From the NCBI GenBank assembly GCA_020725145.1, contig DYFO01000004.1, forward strand, positions 2,042 through 66,041: 64,000 nucleotides of DNA. The letters run 5' to 3'. The notes below the pieces were generated by a model, which had not been told where the DNA came from, ran no database searches, and worked only from the letters and a program-made list of their open reading frames with translations. The DNA comes from Symbiobacterium thermophilum (GTDB lineage Bacteria; Bacillota; Sulfobacillia; UBA995). Numbering within the stretch: position 1 is the first letter of the stretch; each line of letters opens with the position of its first letter. The translations under genes were made by a program, and so were the position numbers. Shown here piece by piece: positions 19,337 through 28,474 of this stretch.

Positions 19337-20650
19337 TCAGCGCTTCTCCCCGTCGGGGAGGATTCTCTCCCGGCGTGGGGCATCCCTTTCCACCCCCGTC
19401 AGCAGACGCAAGGCCTCGAGGTCGCTTGCCGCCACGGCGTACGCCCGCTTCCGAAGCTCGCGGTACACCTCGAGGGCCCGTCCTCCCGTGTAGTCTCGTT
19501 CTTCGAGCGGAGTGGCTTCCACCAGCACCACCGGCACCTCGGCGAGCACCGCCCGACGCACCGCCTCCAGGTTGGCGAGGTTGCCGTGGCCGAACGGCAC
19601 GTCGGCGAGCACCACCCAGTCGGCGGCGATCGCGGCCGCCGCGTTGCGCTGCCCCGCCGCCGCATCCACGGGCGAGAAGGGGGCGACCTCCACCGTTTCC
19701 AGGCCCAAGGCGCGTGCGGCCGTCCAGTCGCTGTCGCCGCGGTTGAGAGCTCCCGTGCTTACCCGGAAGCCGGCGGTTACCAGGGCCTCGAGCAACCAGC
19801 TGGCACTGCCCCCCCCACCGACCACGTGGACCTTCCCCCTGGGAAGCCCCTGACCACAAGTGGGGTCATGGGCGGCCGCGATCAGGCTGACCTGGGGGAC
19901 ACCGTGGACGGGGTGACGCGAAACCACCACCCGGCTGCCGTACACGTCCTGCAGTCGCGGCGGTACTAGCACCTCTTCGGCGGACCCACGGCAGCTGACC
20001 CGTCCCTGGTGAAGCAAAACCAGCCGGTCGCAGTACAGGGCCGCCAGGTTGAGGTCGTGAAGGACCACCAGCACCCCCAGTCCAGTGTCGCGGTTGAGTC
20101 GGCAAAGGAGATCCAAAAGCTCCACCTGGTGGGCGATATCGAGGTGCGCCGTGGGCTCGTCCAGCAAAAGATAGGCCGGTTCCTGGGCCAGGGCGCGCGC
20201 GATCAGCACGCGCTGGCGTTCGCCCGCCGACAGCCCCGTGAAATCCCGGCCTGCCAGCGCAAGCGTTCCGGTCAGCGACATCGCCCGGCGTGCGGCCCCC
20301 ACGTCACGGGGACCCTCGGCCCGGAAGCGCTCGAGGTGGGGCAGACGTCCCATCAGCACCAGATCCTGGACGCAAAGCGGGAAGTCGGCCGGTGCCTCCT
20401 GTCCGACCGCGGCCACCCTGCGCGCGACCGCCGACGGAGGCATTCTCCAAAGGTCGCGACCGTCCAGCAGGACGCGTCCGCGCAGAGGGCGCAGCACCCG
20501 CGTCATCACCTTCAGGAGGGTTGACTTGCCGGCGGCGTTGGGGCCGATCAGGGCTATGAAGTCACCCGGCTTGAGCTCCAGGTCGACGTCCTGCACCACC
20601 GGGTGCCCGTCGTACCCGCAGCTCACCGCGTCAAGCTTCAGGCTTGCCAA
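19337..20650 (-). CDS. btuD: Cobalamin ABC transporter ATP-binding protein with C-terminal extension
   Basis: GPNAAGKS, LSAGERQR, LLLDEPT, LHDLN; extra domain of about 170 aa; downstream of a B12 riboswitch. Confidence 0.85.
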   Translation of the reverse strand: MASLKLDAVSCGYDGHPVVQDVDLELKPGDFIALIGPNAAGKSTLLKVMTRVLRPLRGRVLLDGRDLWRMPPSAVARRVAAVGQEAPADFPLCVQDLVLMGRLPHLERFRAEGPRDVGAARRAMSLTGTLALAGRDFTGLSAGERQRVLIARALAQEPAYLLLDEPTAHLDIAHQVELLDLLCRLNRDTGLGVLVVLHDLNLAALYCDRLVLLHQGRVSCRGSAEEVLVPPRLQDVYGSRVVVSRHPVHGVPQVSLIAAAHDPTCGQGLPRGKVHVVGGGGSASWLLEALVTAGFRVSTGALNRGDSDWTAARALGLETVEVAPFSPVDAAAGQRNAAAAIAADWVVLADVPFGHGNLANLEAVRRAVLAEVPVVLVEATPLEERDYTGGRALEVYRELRKRAYAVAASDLEALRLLTGVERDAPRRERILPDGEKR

Positions 20651-20668
20651 GTCTCGCCCCTCCTCGTG

Positions 20669-21736
20669 TTACCAGAATCGGGTCCGGGCCCGCCGCAGGA
20701 GATAGAGGAAGAACGGCCCTCCGATCAGCGAGGTGATGATGCCGACGGGGATCTCCCCCGGGGCCAACGCCACCCGGGCGGCCGTATCGGCGAGCACCAG
20801 CAAGGCGGCCCCCCCCAGCCCGGCCGCCGGCAGCAGGATTCGGTGGTCTGCTCCTACCACCAGGCGGGCCATGTGCGGCACCACCAGTCCGACAAAGCCG
20901 ATGATCCCGGCCACCGCCACCGCCGCCGCGGTGGCCAGGGCGGCCGCGGCGACCAGCCACAGCTTGACCCGCTCGGTATCCACCCCTAACTGGCGTGCGC
21001 TCTCCTCCCCGAGCAGCAGCGCATTGAGTTCACGGGCCAGCAGGAGGATGCCGCCGGCACCGAGCAGCATGTACGGTGAAGCCGCGGCCAGGTGGAACCA
21101 GCCGCGTCCGCCCAAGCCGCCCATGAGCCAGAAGATGACCGGCCGCACGTCACGATGGGCGAACACCAGCAGCGCGGAAACCAGGGCCGAGAGGAAGGAA
21201 CCCACCGCCACTCCGGCCAGCAGCAGGTTCAGCACGGGCAGGCGACCTCCGGTGCGCGCCAGCGTGTAGACCATCGCGATGCTGGCCAGCGCGCCGAGGA
21301 AGGCGGCTGCCGGGACCATCCCCAACCCCAGGCCTTTGCCCAGCCCCAGCGTCATCGCCAGCGTGGCGCCCAGTGCCGCTCCGGAGGAAACCCCGATGAC
21401 GTATGGATCGGCCATCGGGTTGCGGAGCAGGCCTTGCAGGGCGGCGCCCGCAAGCCCCAGGGTTGCGCCGACGGCGGCGGCGAGCGCCACCCGAGGGGAG
21501 CGTACCGCGAGCACGATCTGCTCGTGACTGGCGGGCCAGGCCGCCGGGGGAGGCGGACCTACCCCCGGCAGCCGGTGCAGCAGGATGCGCGCCACTTCGC
21601 GGACGGGTATGGCCACCGATCCCGATGCCAGGGCCAGCAGGCAGGAAACGAGAAGCAACCCGCCGAGTGCACCCACGGTGACCCGCCAGCGCCGCTTCCG
21701 AAGCGCCAGGTAAAGATCCTCGGACTGCGCGCTCAC
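20669..21736 (-). CDS. btuC: Cobalamin ABC transporter permease (FecCD/BtuC)
   Basis: QGLLRNPMADPYVIGVSSGA, GIIGFVGLVVPH, EIPVGIITSLIGGPFF. Confidence 0.9.
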   Translation of the reverse strand: MSAQSEDLYLALRKRRWRVTVGALGGLLLVSCLLALASGSVAIPVREVARILLHRLPGVGPPPPAAWPASHEQIVLAVRSPRVALAAAVGATLGLAGAALQGLLRNPMADPYVIGVSSGAALGATLAMTLGLGKGLGLGMVPAAAFLGALASIAMVYTLARTGGRLPVLNLLLAGVAVGSFLSALVSALLVFAHRDVRPVIFWLMGGLGGRGWFHLAAASPYMLLGAGGILLLARELNALLLGEESARQLGVDTERVKLWLVAAAALATAAAVAVAGIIGFVGLVVPHMARLVVGADHRILLPAAGLGGAALLVLADTAARVALAPGEIPVGIITSLIGGPFFLYLLRRARTRFW

Positions 21737-22635
21737 CGGAACACCTGGGGATGGAGCAGTCGGGCCACCAGCTCGACTCCGTCGACCACCCGAGGTCCGG
21801 GACGGCTCACCAGGTCGGCGTCCACCCGGTAGACCCTTCCCTCTCGCACCGCCCGCAGGTTGCTCCAGCCCGGCAAGGCCTCGAGTCCCGGTCCGAGGGT
21901 CGGGTCTAGCGCGGCGAGCACGATCACGTCCGGGTTTTTCTCGAGCAGCGCTTCCAGGCTGTACTGCGCATACGGCACACCGAGAGCCTCGGCAACGTTC
22001 CTGCCGCCACTGCTCTCAAGCAGGTCGTGGACGAAGGACCCCGGCCCCACCGTCCACAGGAGATCGTCGAGCACCCAGAAGACGGTGGGACGCGCGGTGA
22101 CGGGTATTTCAGCCACCCGGCGGCGCACCTCCTGCAGCCGCGAGCGCATGGACGCTGCGAGTTCGCGGGCCTGCTCGATCCTCCCGGTCACCTCACCCAC
22201 AAGCTCGACCTGTGCCGGCACTTCGTCCACGGTGGCGGCGTTCACCACCACCACAGGGATATCGTAGGCTTGGAGACGCAGCACGATCTCACTCTCGGCC
22301 GTGCCCGCCGCCAGCACCACGTCCGGCTTGAGACCGACGATGCGCTCGTAATCCGGACTCCAGGCGTCCCCCACCTTCGTGAGGCTGCGTGCTTCCTCAG
22401 GGTAGTCACACCAGGTCGTCACCCCTACCAGTCGATCGCCAAGACCCAGCGCAAAAAGGATCTCGGTGCAGGCAGGGGCCATGCTCACGATGCGGGATGG
22501 CGAGGCCGCCGGGAGCGTCACCACCCTTCCTGCACCGTCGGTAACCGTGCGTTCGACAGGGACGGCGGTACGGCAGCCGGCAACGCCCAGCAGGGCAACC
22601 ACCACCGCCAGCGCAAGTCTGCGGGTCGCTTTCAA
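21733..22635 (-). CDS. btuF: Cobalamin-binding lipoprotein
   Basis: Lipobox VAGC, RIVSMAPACTEILFALG, CDYP, RPGPR; TTG start after AAGGAGGAG. Confidence 0.88.
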   Translation of the reverse strand: MKATRRLALAVVVALLGVAGCRTAVPVERTVTDGAGRVVTLPAASPSRIVSMAPACTEILFALGLGDRLVGVTTWCDYPEEARSLTKVGDAWSPDYERIVGLKPDVVLAAGTAESEIVLRLQAYDIPVVVVNAATVDEVPAQVELVGEVTGRIEQARELAASMRSRLQEVRRRVAEIPVTARPTVFWVLDDLLWTVGPGSFVHDLLESSGGRNVAEALGVPYAQYSLEALLEKNPDVIVLAALDPTLGPGLEALPGWSNLRAVREGRVYRVDADLVSRPGPRVVDGVELVARLLHPQVFR

Positions 22636-22752
22636 GGCAAGCTCCTCCTTCCGGCATGAACAGGGAAGCCCCCGGTCCCTGTGGACTGGGGGCTGTCGGC
22701 CAAAACGGCGCGGACGACGCGTCCCCCCTTTCCGACGAGGGTTGACACGCAG

Positions 22753-22934
22753 GCGGACGGGCAGGTCTCCTGGCTCCCGGATCATCCTCACCTGCGCCTT
22801 CCCGCCCGGTGGGCAGTGGCTGCGTGCAGGTATCGTCTCCGGTCACAGTGGCGCGGACCGCGCCGTTTCGCAGGCCAACTGGCCTGCTCCGGACTTCCCT
22901 ATTCTCCTCCCCGGCAGGGGAGAAACCCGTCCAC
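22753..22934 (-). ncRNA. Cobalamin (B12) riboswitch
   Basis: AATAGGGAA, GCCACTGTGA, GCCACTG...GGGAAGG and B12-box AGCCAGGAGACCTGCC; P1 GTGGACGGG/CCCGTCCGC; upstream of btuF. Confidence 0.92.
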
Positions 22935-22952
22935 GCTATGCGGTTTGTCCTC

Positions 22953-22982
22953 ATTATACCCGCGGCACCGGTCCGAGCTCAA
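22953..22982 (-). promoter_or_regulatory. sigma-A promoter of riboswitch-btu operon
   Basis: TTGAGC-N18-TATAAT just upstream of the riboswitch. Confidence 0.6.
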
Positions 22983-23098
22983 GGGGTTGACCGGTCCCGT
23001 CCATCGCCGAGAGGAACCTCAAGCTCAGGGCACGAATCCCGTTCCGCAGAAGACCTCGAGCAGTGTTGCCGTCCTGCTCCTGAGGGGAGGAAGACGGC

Positions 23099-23995
23099 TT
23101 GACTGCGGCAGACCTGATGCTCGCGCTGGTCGTGGTGATCTGGGGAGCCCACTTCGCGGTGGTGAAGCAGGCCCTTGAGGTGGTCGATCCTGTGGTCTTT
23201 GGCCTTGGGCGATTTGGGCTTGCCGCGGGAGCCCTCCTGCTGGTGGTCCGGCTACGTGAGGGAAGTTTTGGCCTGCAACCCCAGGCGCGGCTACCCATGT
23301 TGGCGCTGGGAGCGGTGGGGGCCGCCAACCAGCTGCTCTGGATGTACGGGCTGCAGGGTACTACCTCGGGAAAGTCCGCCCTCATCTACGCGCTGTCGCC
23401 CAGCTTCGTGGCGATCATGCAGGCCATGGAAGGCAAGCGGGTGAACTGGCGGGTGATCTCGGGGTTCACGGTGGCGCTGGTGGGGGTGGCCGCCATCGTG
23501 AATCCGGGCCACATCGGGCCCTCGCAACTCACGGGCGACCTTCTGACGCTGGCGGCGGCCGTGGCTTGGGCCGCCTATACCAACGCCGGACCGCGCCTTC
23601 TGCGCTCACATTCGCCGCTGCGCGTGACCGCCTGGACCTTCCTGATCACCGCGGCGACGATGGCCCCCGTGGGCCTCGTCCATGCCGCCCGCGTGCCCTG
23701 GGACCGGCTCCCGACATCGCTTGGGTGGCAGCTGGGGTACTCCGGTCTTCTGGGGGCGGGCCTCGCCTGGGTGCTTTGGTACCGCGCGGTGCGTGACCTC
23801 GGTCCCCTCCGGGTGATGGCCTACCAGTACATGGTGCCGGTGGTGGCGCTCGGGGTTTCGGTTCTGGGGCTCAGGGAGCCTTTCCGCTGGAACCACGCGC
23901 TGGGCGCTGCCCTCGTGCTGGCGGGGACGCTGACCACGCGGACGGCCCTCCAGGCCGGACCCTCGCCTGCGGCAGAACGCGCCAGGGCCGCCTGA
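23099..23995 (+). CDS. EamA/DMT family transporter
   Basis: Ten hydrophobic helices in two EamA repeats (IWG..F...K; GDLLTL.AAV.WA.Y). Confidence 0.88.
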   Translation: MTAADLMLALVVVIWGAHFAVVKQALEVVDPVVFGLGRFGLAAGALLLVVRLREGSFGLQPQARLPMLALGAVGAANQLLWMYGLQGTTSGKSALIYALSPSFVAIMQAMEGKRVNWRVISGFTVALVGVAAIVNPGHIGPSQLTGDLLTLAAAVAWAAYTNAGPRLLRSHSPLRVTAWTFLITAATMAPVGLVHAARVPWDRLPTSLGWQLGYSGLLGAGLAWVLWYRAVRDLGPLRVMAYQYMVPVVALGVSVLGLREPFRWNHALGAALVLAGTLTTRTALQAGPSPAAERARAA

Positions 23996-24280
23996 TCACC
24001 CCTCCGCCTGCGCCTGGCGCACGTAGTTGAGCCGGAGGTCGGCCAGCAACACCTCCAGCTCGCGCGATCGTGGGGCGGGCACGCAGCGGGCGATCGCTTC
24101 CAGGGCGTCTATGGCGGCGCGCGCCTCCGTTAGATCACGCGCCAGTTCTCCGGTCGCCGGATCCACCACCAGCCCCATGCTCTGCCAGGCGCGCGCGGTC
24201 AACATGGCCGCCGCCCACTCCAGGATATCGGACACCGTCGGAAGCCCCGCGCGGTGCTCCGTGTCCTCGCGGCTATCCAA
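23996..24280 (-). CDS. DUF1844 domain protein
   Basis: AWQSMGLVVDPATGE...DLTEARAAID...LRLNYV. Confidence 0.75.
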   Translation of the reverse strand: MDSREDTEHRAGLPTVSDILEWAAAMLTARAWQSMGLVVDPATGELARDLTEARAAIDALEAIARCVPAPRSRELEVLLADLRLNYVRQAQAEG

Positions 24281-24301
24281 CCCTGGTTCCCCCTAATGCA
24301 G

Positions 24302-24892
24302 TCATGACAGGAGCCGTGCCACCCGGTCCAGGAAGTCAAGTGATGCCCGGTAATCCGGGCCGACCAGTTCGCGGGCGGGCGCGGTGTAGAGGCTCTCGTA
24401 GCCGGCAACGAAACTTTCCCGAACCGTGGGCAGGTAAACTGCCCAGTGCGTCCCCTCCCGAAGCGCCCGGCACCCGGCGTCGGCCAGCAGATCGGCGAGG
24501 TAGTACCCCTTCATGCGGTCGAGCTTGTCCGCGTCGTAGAGGATCTTGGCCTCAACGGGGAGGAGGTCGCGCTCCGGGCCATGAAGCGGGAAGCTGTGGT
24601 GCAGGACGGCCAGCGCCACCTGATGGGAGCGATCGGACGGGTAACCCCGATCGGTCAGGAACTCCCGGGCACGTTCCGCGGAGCGCCGGGCATGGTCCTC
24701 GGGGCCTTCGTCCACCCGGGCGAGGTCGTGAAACCAGGCCGCGACCAGCACTGCCTCCCGATCCGCCTGCGGGAGCCGGGCGGCCAGCTCTTCGCAGTAG
24801 CCGACCACCGCACGCACGTGCCCAAGCAGCCTTGAACGCGCGTATGCTTCCCGGGTGGCCTCCTCGGCAAGCTGGATCCAGTTCACGCTCAA
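24302..24892 (-). CDS. HD domain phosphohydrolase
   Basis: H...AAWFHDL...DHA...HH...DADKLD. Confidence 0.85.
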   Translation of the reverse strand: MSVNWIQLAEEATREAYARSRLLGHVRAVVGYCEELAARLPQADREAVLVAAWFHDLARVDEGPEDHARRSAERAREFLTDRGYPSDRSHQVALAVLHHSFPLHGPERDLLPVEAKILYDADKLDRMKGYYLADLLADAGCRALREGTHWAVYLPTVRESFVAGYESLYTAPARELVGPDYRASLDFLDRVARLLS

Positions 24893-26082
24893 CCTGTCCT
24901 CTCCCCATCCGCGAGTATTTCGGCTGCGGCCGACATCCCCGCTCCCGGCGGCGGGCCAAGTCCCTGTTCGCGAAGCACCGCCTCCAAGGCCGCCATTAGC
25001 AGGATGACGTTCCTGGGCTGGCAGGAGTAGCCCATGGTGCCTATCCGCCAGATCTTCCCCTTCAGCGGTCCGAGGCCGCCACCGATCTCGATGCCGAAGC
25101 GATCGAGGAGGGCCCGCCTGGTACGCAGATCATCGGCTCCTTCGGGCACCCGCACCGCGGTCAGCGTGGGCAGCCGCCAGGGCTCGGGAACGAAAAGCTC
25201 AAGCCCCATCGCCTCCAGCCCGGCGCACACCGCCCGCGAATGCAGTCGATGGCGGCAAAAGCGCCGATCAAGACCTTCCTCCTCCACCAGGCGCAAGGCC
25301 TCGCGCAGCGCGTACAGCATGGAGATGGGAGCGGTGTGATGGTAGAAGCGATCCTTTCCCCAGTAGTTCATGATCATGGTCAGGTCGAGGTACCAGCTCT
25401 GAACCGGCGTCTTCCTGCGCAAGAGCGCCTCCTCCGCCCGTGTGCCCAAGCTCACTGGCGCCAGGCCCGGCGGGCAGGACAGGCACTTCTGGGTGCCGCT
25501 GTAGGCAGCGTCCACCTCCCAGGCGTCCAGGGCTACCTCGCAGCCGCCCAGCGAGGTGACGCAGTCCACCACGAGCAACGCTCCCGCCCGGCGCGCCAGC
25601 TCCCCAAGCGGCGGAATCGGCTGCAGAACACCGGTAGAGGTCTCCGCATGAACCACGGCGAGGAGTTTGGGGTTCTTGGCCTTTCTGAGGGCGTCTTCAA
25701 CCGCGGACGGGTCAAGGGCCCTGCCCCACTCGGCCTCCACCGCGTAAAGCTCGGCGCCACACCGGCGCACGATATCGGCCATACGCCGCCCGAACTCGCC
25801 GTTCACGCCGACTACCGCCCGGTCTCCCGGCTCGAGCAGGTTGACCAGCACCGTCTCCATCCCCGCGCTGCCGGTTCCCGAGATCGGCAGCGTGAGGCGG
25901 TTGGCGGTCTGAAACGCCTGCCGGAGCAGGGCCATTACCTCGTTCAGGACGTCCAGGAAGGCCGGGTCCAGGTGACCCACCAGGGGGGTGGCCATCACCC
26001 GCAGCACGCGCGGATCGACATCGCTGGGGCCCGGCCCCATGAGGATCCGGGATGGGACTCGCAGTTCGGTCACTGACGCCAA
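24889..26082 (-). CDS. Alanine-glyoxylate / serine-pyruvate aminotransferase (class V)
   Basis: LMGPGPS, SGTGSAGME, VHAETSTG, DCVTSLGG, SGTQKCL, YHHTAP, WRIGTMG. Confidence 0.92.
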   Translation of the reverse strand: MASVTELRVPSRILMGPGPSDVDPRVLRVMATPLVGHLDPAFLDVLNEVMALLRQAFQTANRLTLPISGTGSAGMETVLVNLLEPGDRAVVGVNGEFGRRMADIVRRCGAELYAVEAEWGRALDPSAVEDALRKAKNPKLLAVVHAETSTGVLQPIPPLGELARRAGALLVVDCVTSLGGCEVALDAWEVDAAYSGTQKCLSCPPGLAPVSLGTRAEEALLRRKTPVQSWYLDLTMIMNYWGKDRFYHHTAPISMLYALREALRLVEEEGLDRRFCRHRLHSRAVCAGLEAMGLELFVPEPWRLPTLTAVRVPEGADDLRTRRALLDRFGIEIGGGLGPLKGKIWRIGTMGYSCQPRNVILLMAALEAVLREQGLGPPPGAGMSAAAEILADGERTG

Positions 26083-26104
26083 CGTCTCCTCACGCCCCTG
26101 TCTT

Positions 26105-27142
26105 CTAAAGGATCTTCACCAGCCGGGGGTTGGGGGTGCGACCGGGAATCCTGCCCCGTTTCGCCAGCGGCTGGCCGTTGACTTCCTTGAGGTCCATCGT
26201 CATGTCGATGGGCCGAGCTCGAGCGATGTAGCTGCCAACTCCAAAAGCGTCGGCTCCGGCCTGTGCCAGGGCGGGCATGCGATCGGGGGTGATGCCGCCG
26301 GAGACGAGAATGCGCACATGGCGGTAACCCGCGGCATCCAGCCGCGCCCGGACCTCCGCCACCAGATCCGGGGTCACCCCGCCGCGTTCCATGGGGGTAT
26401 CCAGGCGCACCGCTTGCAGCCGATCGCCGAGCGCGGCGGCCACCCGCAGCGACTCCTCTGCCTCATCCTTGAAGGTATCCACGAGCACCACGCGTGGCTG
26501 TTCGGGCGGCATCACCCGGTCGTAGCACTCGGCGACCTTCACGGTGTCACCGACGATGAGGATGGCGGCGTGCGGCATGGTGCCGCTGGGCTGGCGGCCG
26601 GCCAAGACCGCCCCCAGCACGCAGCTGGCGCCGCTCGCCCCACCGACCACGGCCGCGCGCTCCATGACCGGAGCCACCGCAGGATGCACGTGGCGGGCGC
26701 CGAAGCACAGAAACGGCCGGTCTCCGGCAGCCTGGCGGCACTCCCTGGCCGCCGTAGCCCAGGCCGAGCTCTGGGCGAGGATCCCCAGTATGGCCGTCTC
26801 GTATAGCCCAAACCGCTCATAGGGACCTTCGATGCGCAGCACGACTTCGCGCTCGGCGAAGGTCTCCCCTTCCTGCAGGGCTTCCAGCCTCACTCCCCGA
26901 CCCAGCAGCAACTGGCGACACTCTTCCAGCCCCGCAAGCACGCCGGCACGGCTGGCGAAGACCTCAGCCACCACCGGGGCGTCGAGAAGTCCCAGCCCGG
27001 CGAGCACTTCCCGTGTCTTGATGAAGTATATGTCGGTGGTCGCGCCGGCCAGGATGTCCTCATGGGTGGCGGAGTAAAAGCGCCTGCCCGCCACCTCGAG
27101 CGCCGACACGTCGGCGAGGGTTCTCAGCTCCGCCAAGGCCAC
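26105..27142 (-). CDS. pncB: Nicotinate phosphoribosyltransferase
   Basis: TDIYF, FGARHVHP, GTMPH, LVDTF, VRLDTP, SGGI, FGVGS, AKRGR; adjacent to nicotinamidase. Confidence 0.88.
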   Translation of the reverse strand: MALAELRTLADVSALEVAGRRFYSATHEDILAGATTDIYFIKTREVLAGLGLLDAPVVAEVFASRAGVLAGLEECRQLLLGRGVRLEALQEGETFAEREVVLRIEGPYERFGLYETAILGILAQSSAWATAARECRQAAGDRPFLCFGARHVHPAVAPVMERAAVVGGASGASCVLGAVLAGRQPSGTMPHAAILIVGDTVKVAECYDRVMPPEQPRVVLVDTFKDEAEESLRVAAALGDRLQAVRLDTPMERGGVTPDLVAEVRARLDAAGYRHVRILVSGGITPDRMPALAQAGADAFGVGSYIARARPIDMTMDLKEVNGQPLAKRGRIPGRTPNPRLVKIL

Positions 27143-27155
27143 CACTCTCCCTCGC

Positions 27156-27683
27156 TCAAGCGGATACCACCCGGACTCCGAGGGTCTTTTCCAGTTCCCT
27201 GAGAGCGAAGCGGTGGGCTGCGGCATCAAAGGAGGCGACGGCGTCCGCCGGCACCGTGACCGCGTAGTTGCGCATCCTCGCGTCGGCGGCGGTGTAAAGC
27301 ACGCAGATGTTCGTGCACACGCCCACCAGCGTCAGCTCGTCGATCCCCTGTTCCCGGAGGGCAAGGTCCAGATCCGTACCGTAAAAGCCGCTAAAACGTC
27401 GCTTGAACACGACGCGGTCGCGCTCCCGGGGCGAAAGCTCCGAGCAGATCTCGGCGCCTCGACTGCCTTCCACGCAGTGAGGCGGAAACATGCGGAACTC
27501 AAGGTCGTCGGGCCGGTGACGGTCGCACACGTAGATCACCGGGTCTCCCTGTGCCCGCGCCCGGTCAAGTTCCTCGCGGACGCGAGGGATGATCTCCCGG
27601 GCGTCGGGCCCGCAGTACAGCGCGCCGCCTTCTTCCACGAAATCCACCAGCATGTCGATCACCACTAGGGCTCGCTTCCCCAT
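27156..27683 (-). CDS. pncA: Nicotinamidase / isochorismatase-family cysteine hydrolase
   Basis: ALVVIDM..DF, D.H..DD.EF..FPPHC, KRRFSGF, GVCTNICV. Confidence 0.82.
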   Translation of the reverse strand: MGKRALVVIDMLVDFVEEGGALYCGPDAREIIPRVREELDRARAQGDPVIYVCDRHRPDDLEFRMFPPHCVEGSRGAEICSELSPRERDRVVFKRRFSGFYGTDLDLALREQGIDELTLVGVCTNICVLYTAADARMRNYAVTVPADAVASFDAAAHRFALRELEKTLGVRVVSA

Positions 27684-28458
27684 ACGATCTCCTCCCCCTT
27701 CCCCCCGCGGACGTTGAGTCCTCCAGCCCCACCAGGCGTCTGAGGGCTCGAAGCTCCGACGGCTTGAGGTCGCGGTATGCTCCCCGGCCAAGACGCCCCA
27801 GCCTGAGCGGTCCGTACCCTATCCGGCGCAGTCGTACGACGGGATGTCCGACGGCTTCGAGCATCCTCCTGACCAGGCGGTGTCTACCCTCGCGTACCTC
27901 AAGCTCCACCCAGGGTTGCCCGTCGTTATCGAACCGGAGCGTGGCAACGGTGGCCGCGGCAGGGCCGTCTTCCAGCCGGACACCCCGTGTCAGCGTCTTC
28001 GGCATGTCGGGACCGGGGTGTCCTTGCACACGCGCGACGTAGACCCGTGGTACGCCGAACCGCGGGTGCATGAGCCGGTAGGCCAGCTCGCCGTCGTTGG
28101 TCAGCAGTAGCAGGCCCTCGGTATCACGGTCCAGACGTCCTACCGGATAGACGCGTTCGTCCACGTCACGGATGAGGTCGAGCACCGTGGCACGGCCCCG
28201 AGGATCGCGGGCGGTGGTAAGGCAACCCCGGGGCTTGTTCAACATCAGGTACCGCAGCGCCGGCCGCGTGCCCACCACGAGCTGGCCGTCGATCTCCACG
28301 CGGTCCTTTCGGGGGTCAATGCGGGCGCCCAGGGCTGCCACCTTTCCGTTCACGTGCACCCGGCCTGCCACGATCAACCGCTCGCACTCGCGACGCGAGG
28401 CAAGCCCGGCTCGTGCCAGGAACACGTGCAGGCGCACCGGCGCCGGCGTATCCTCCAT
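27565..28458 (-). CDS. rluB: 23S rRNA pseudouridine synthase (RluB/RsuA family)
   Basis: S4 domain (LARAGLASRR), LNKPRG, VGRLDRDTEGLLLLTNDG, EGRHRLVRRM. Confidence 0.9.
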   Translation of the reverse strand: MEDTPAPVRLHVFLARAGLASRRECERLIVAGRVHVNGKVAALGARIDPRKDRVEIDGQLVVGTRPALRYLMLNKPRGCLTTARDPRGRATVLDLIRDVDERVYPVGRLDRDTEGLLLLTNDGELAYRLMHPRFGVPRVYVARVQGHPGPDMPKTLTRGVRLEDGPAAATVATLRFDNDGQPWVELEVREGRHRLVRRMLEAVGHPVVRLRRIGYGPLRLGRLGRGAYRDLKPSELRALRRLVGLEDSTSAGGRGRRSYGEASPSGDRHAGGFRGRRRRAVLRARRPGDHPSRPRGT

Positions 28459-28474
28459 GGCCCGACCTCCGCGT

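Noticed and set aside
22636..22791. N-terminal extension of BtuF in the ORF track
   Set aside because: It overlaps the riboswitch and expression platform; the RBS and signal peptide point to TTG 22635
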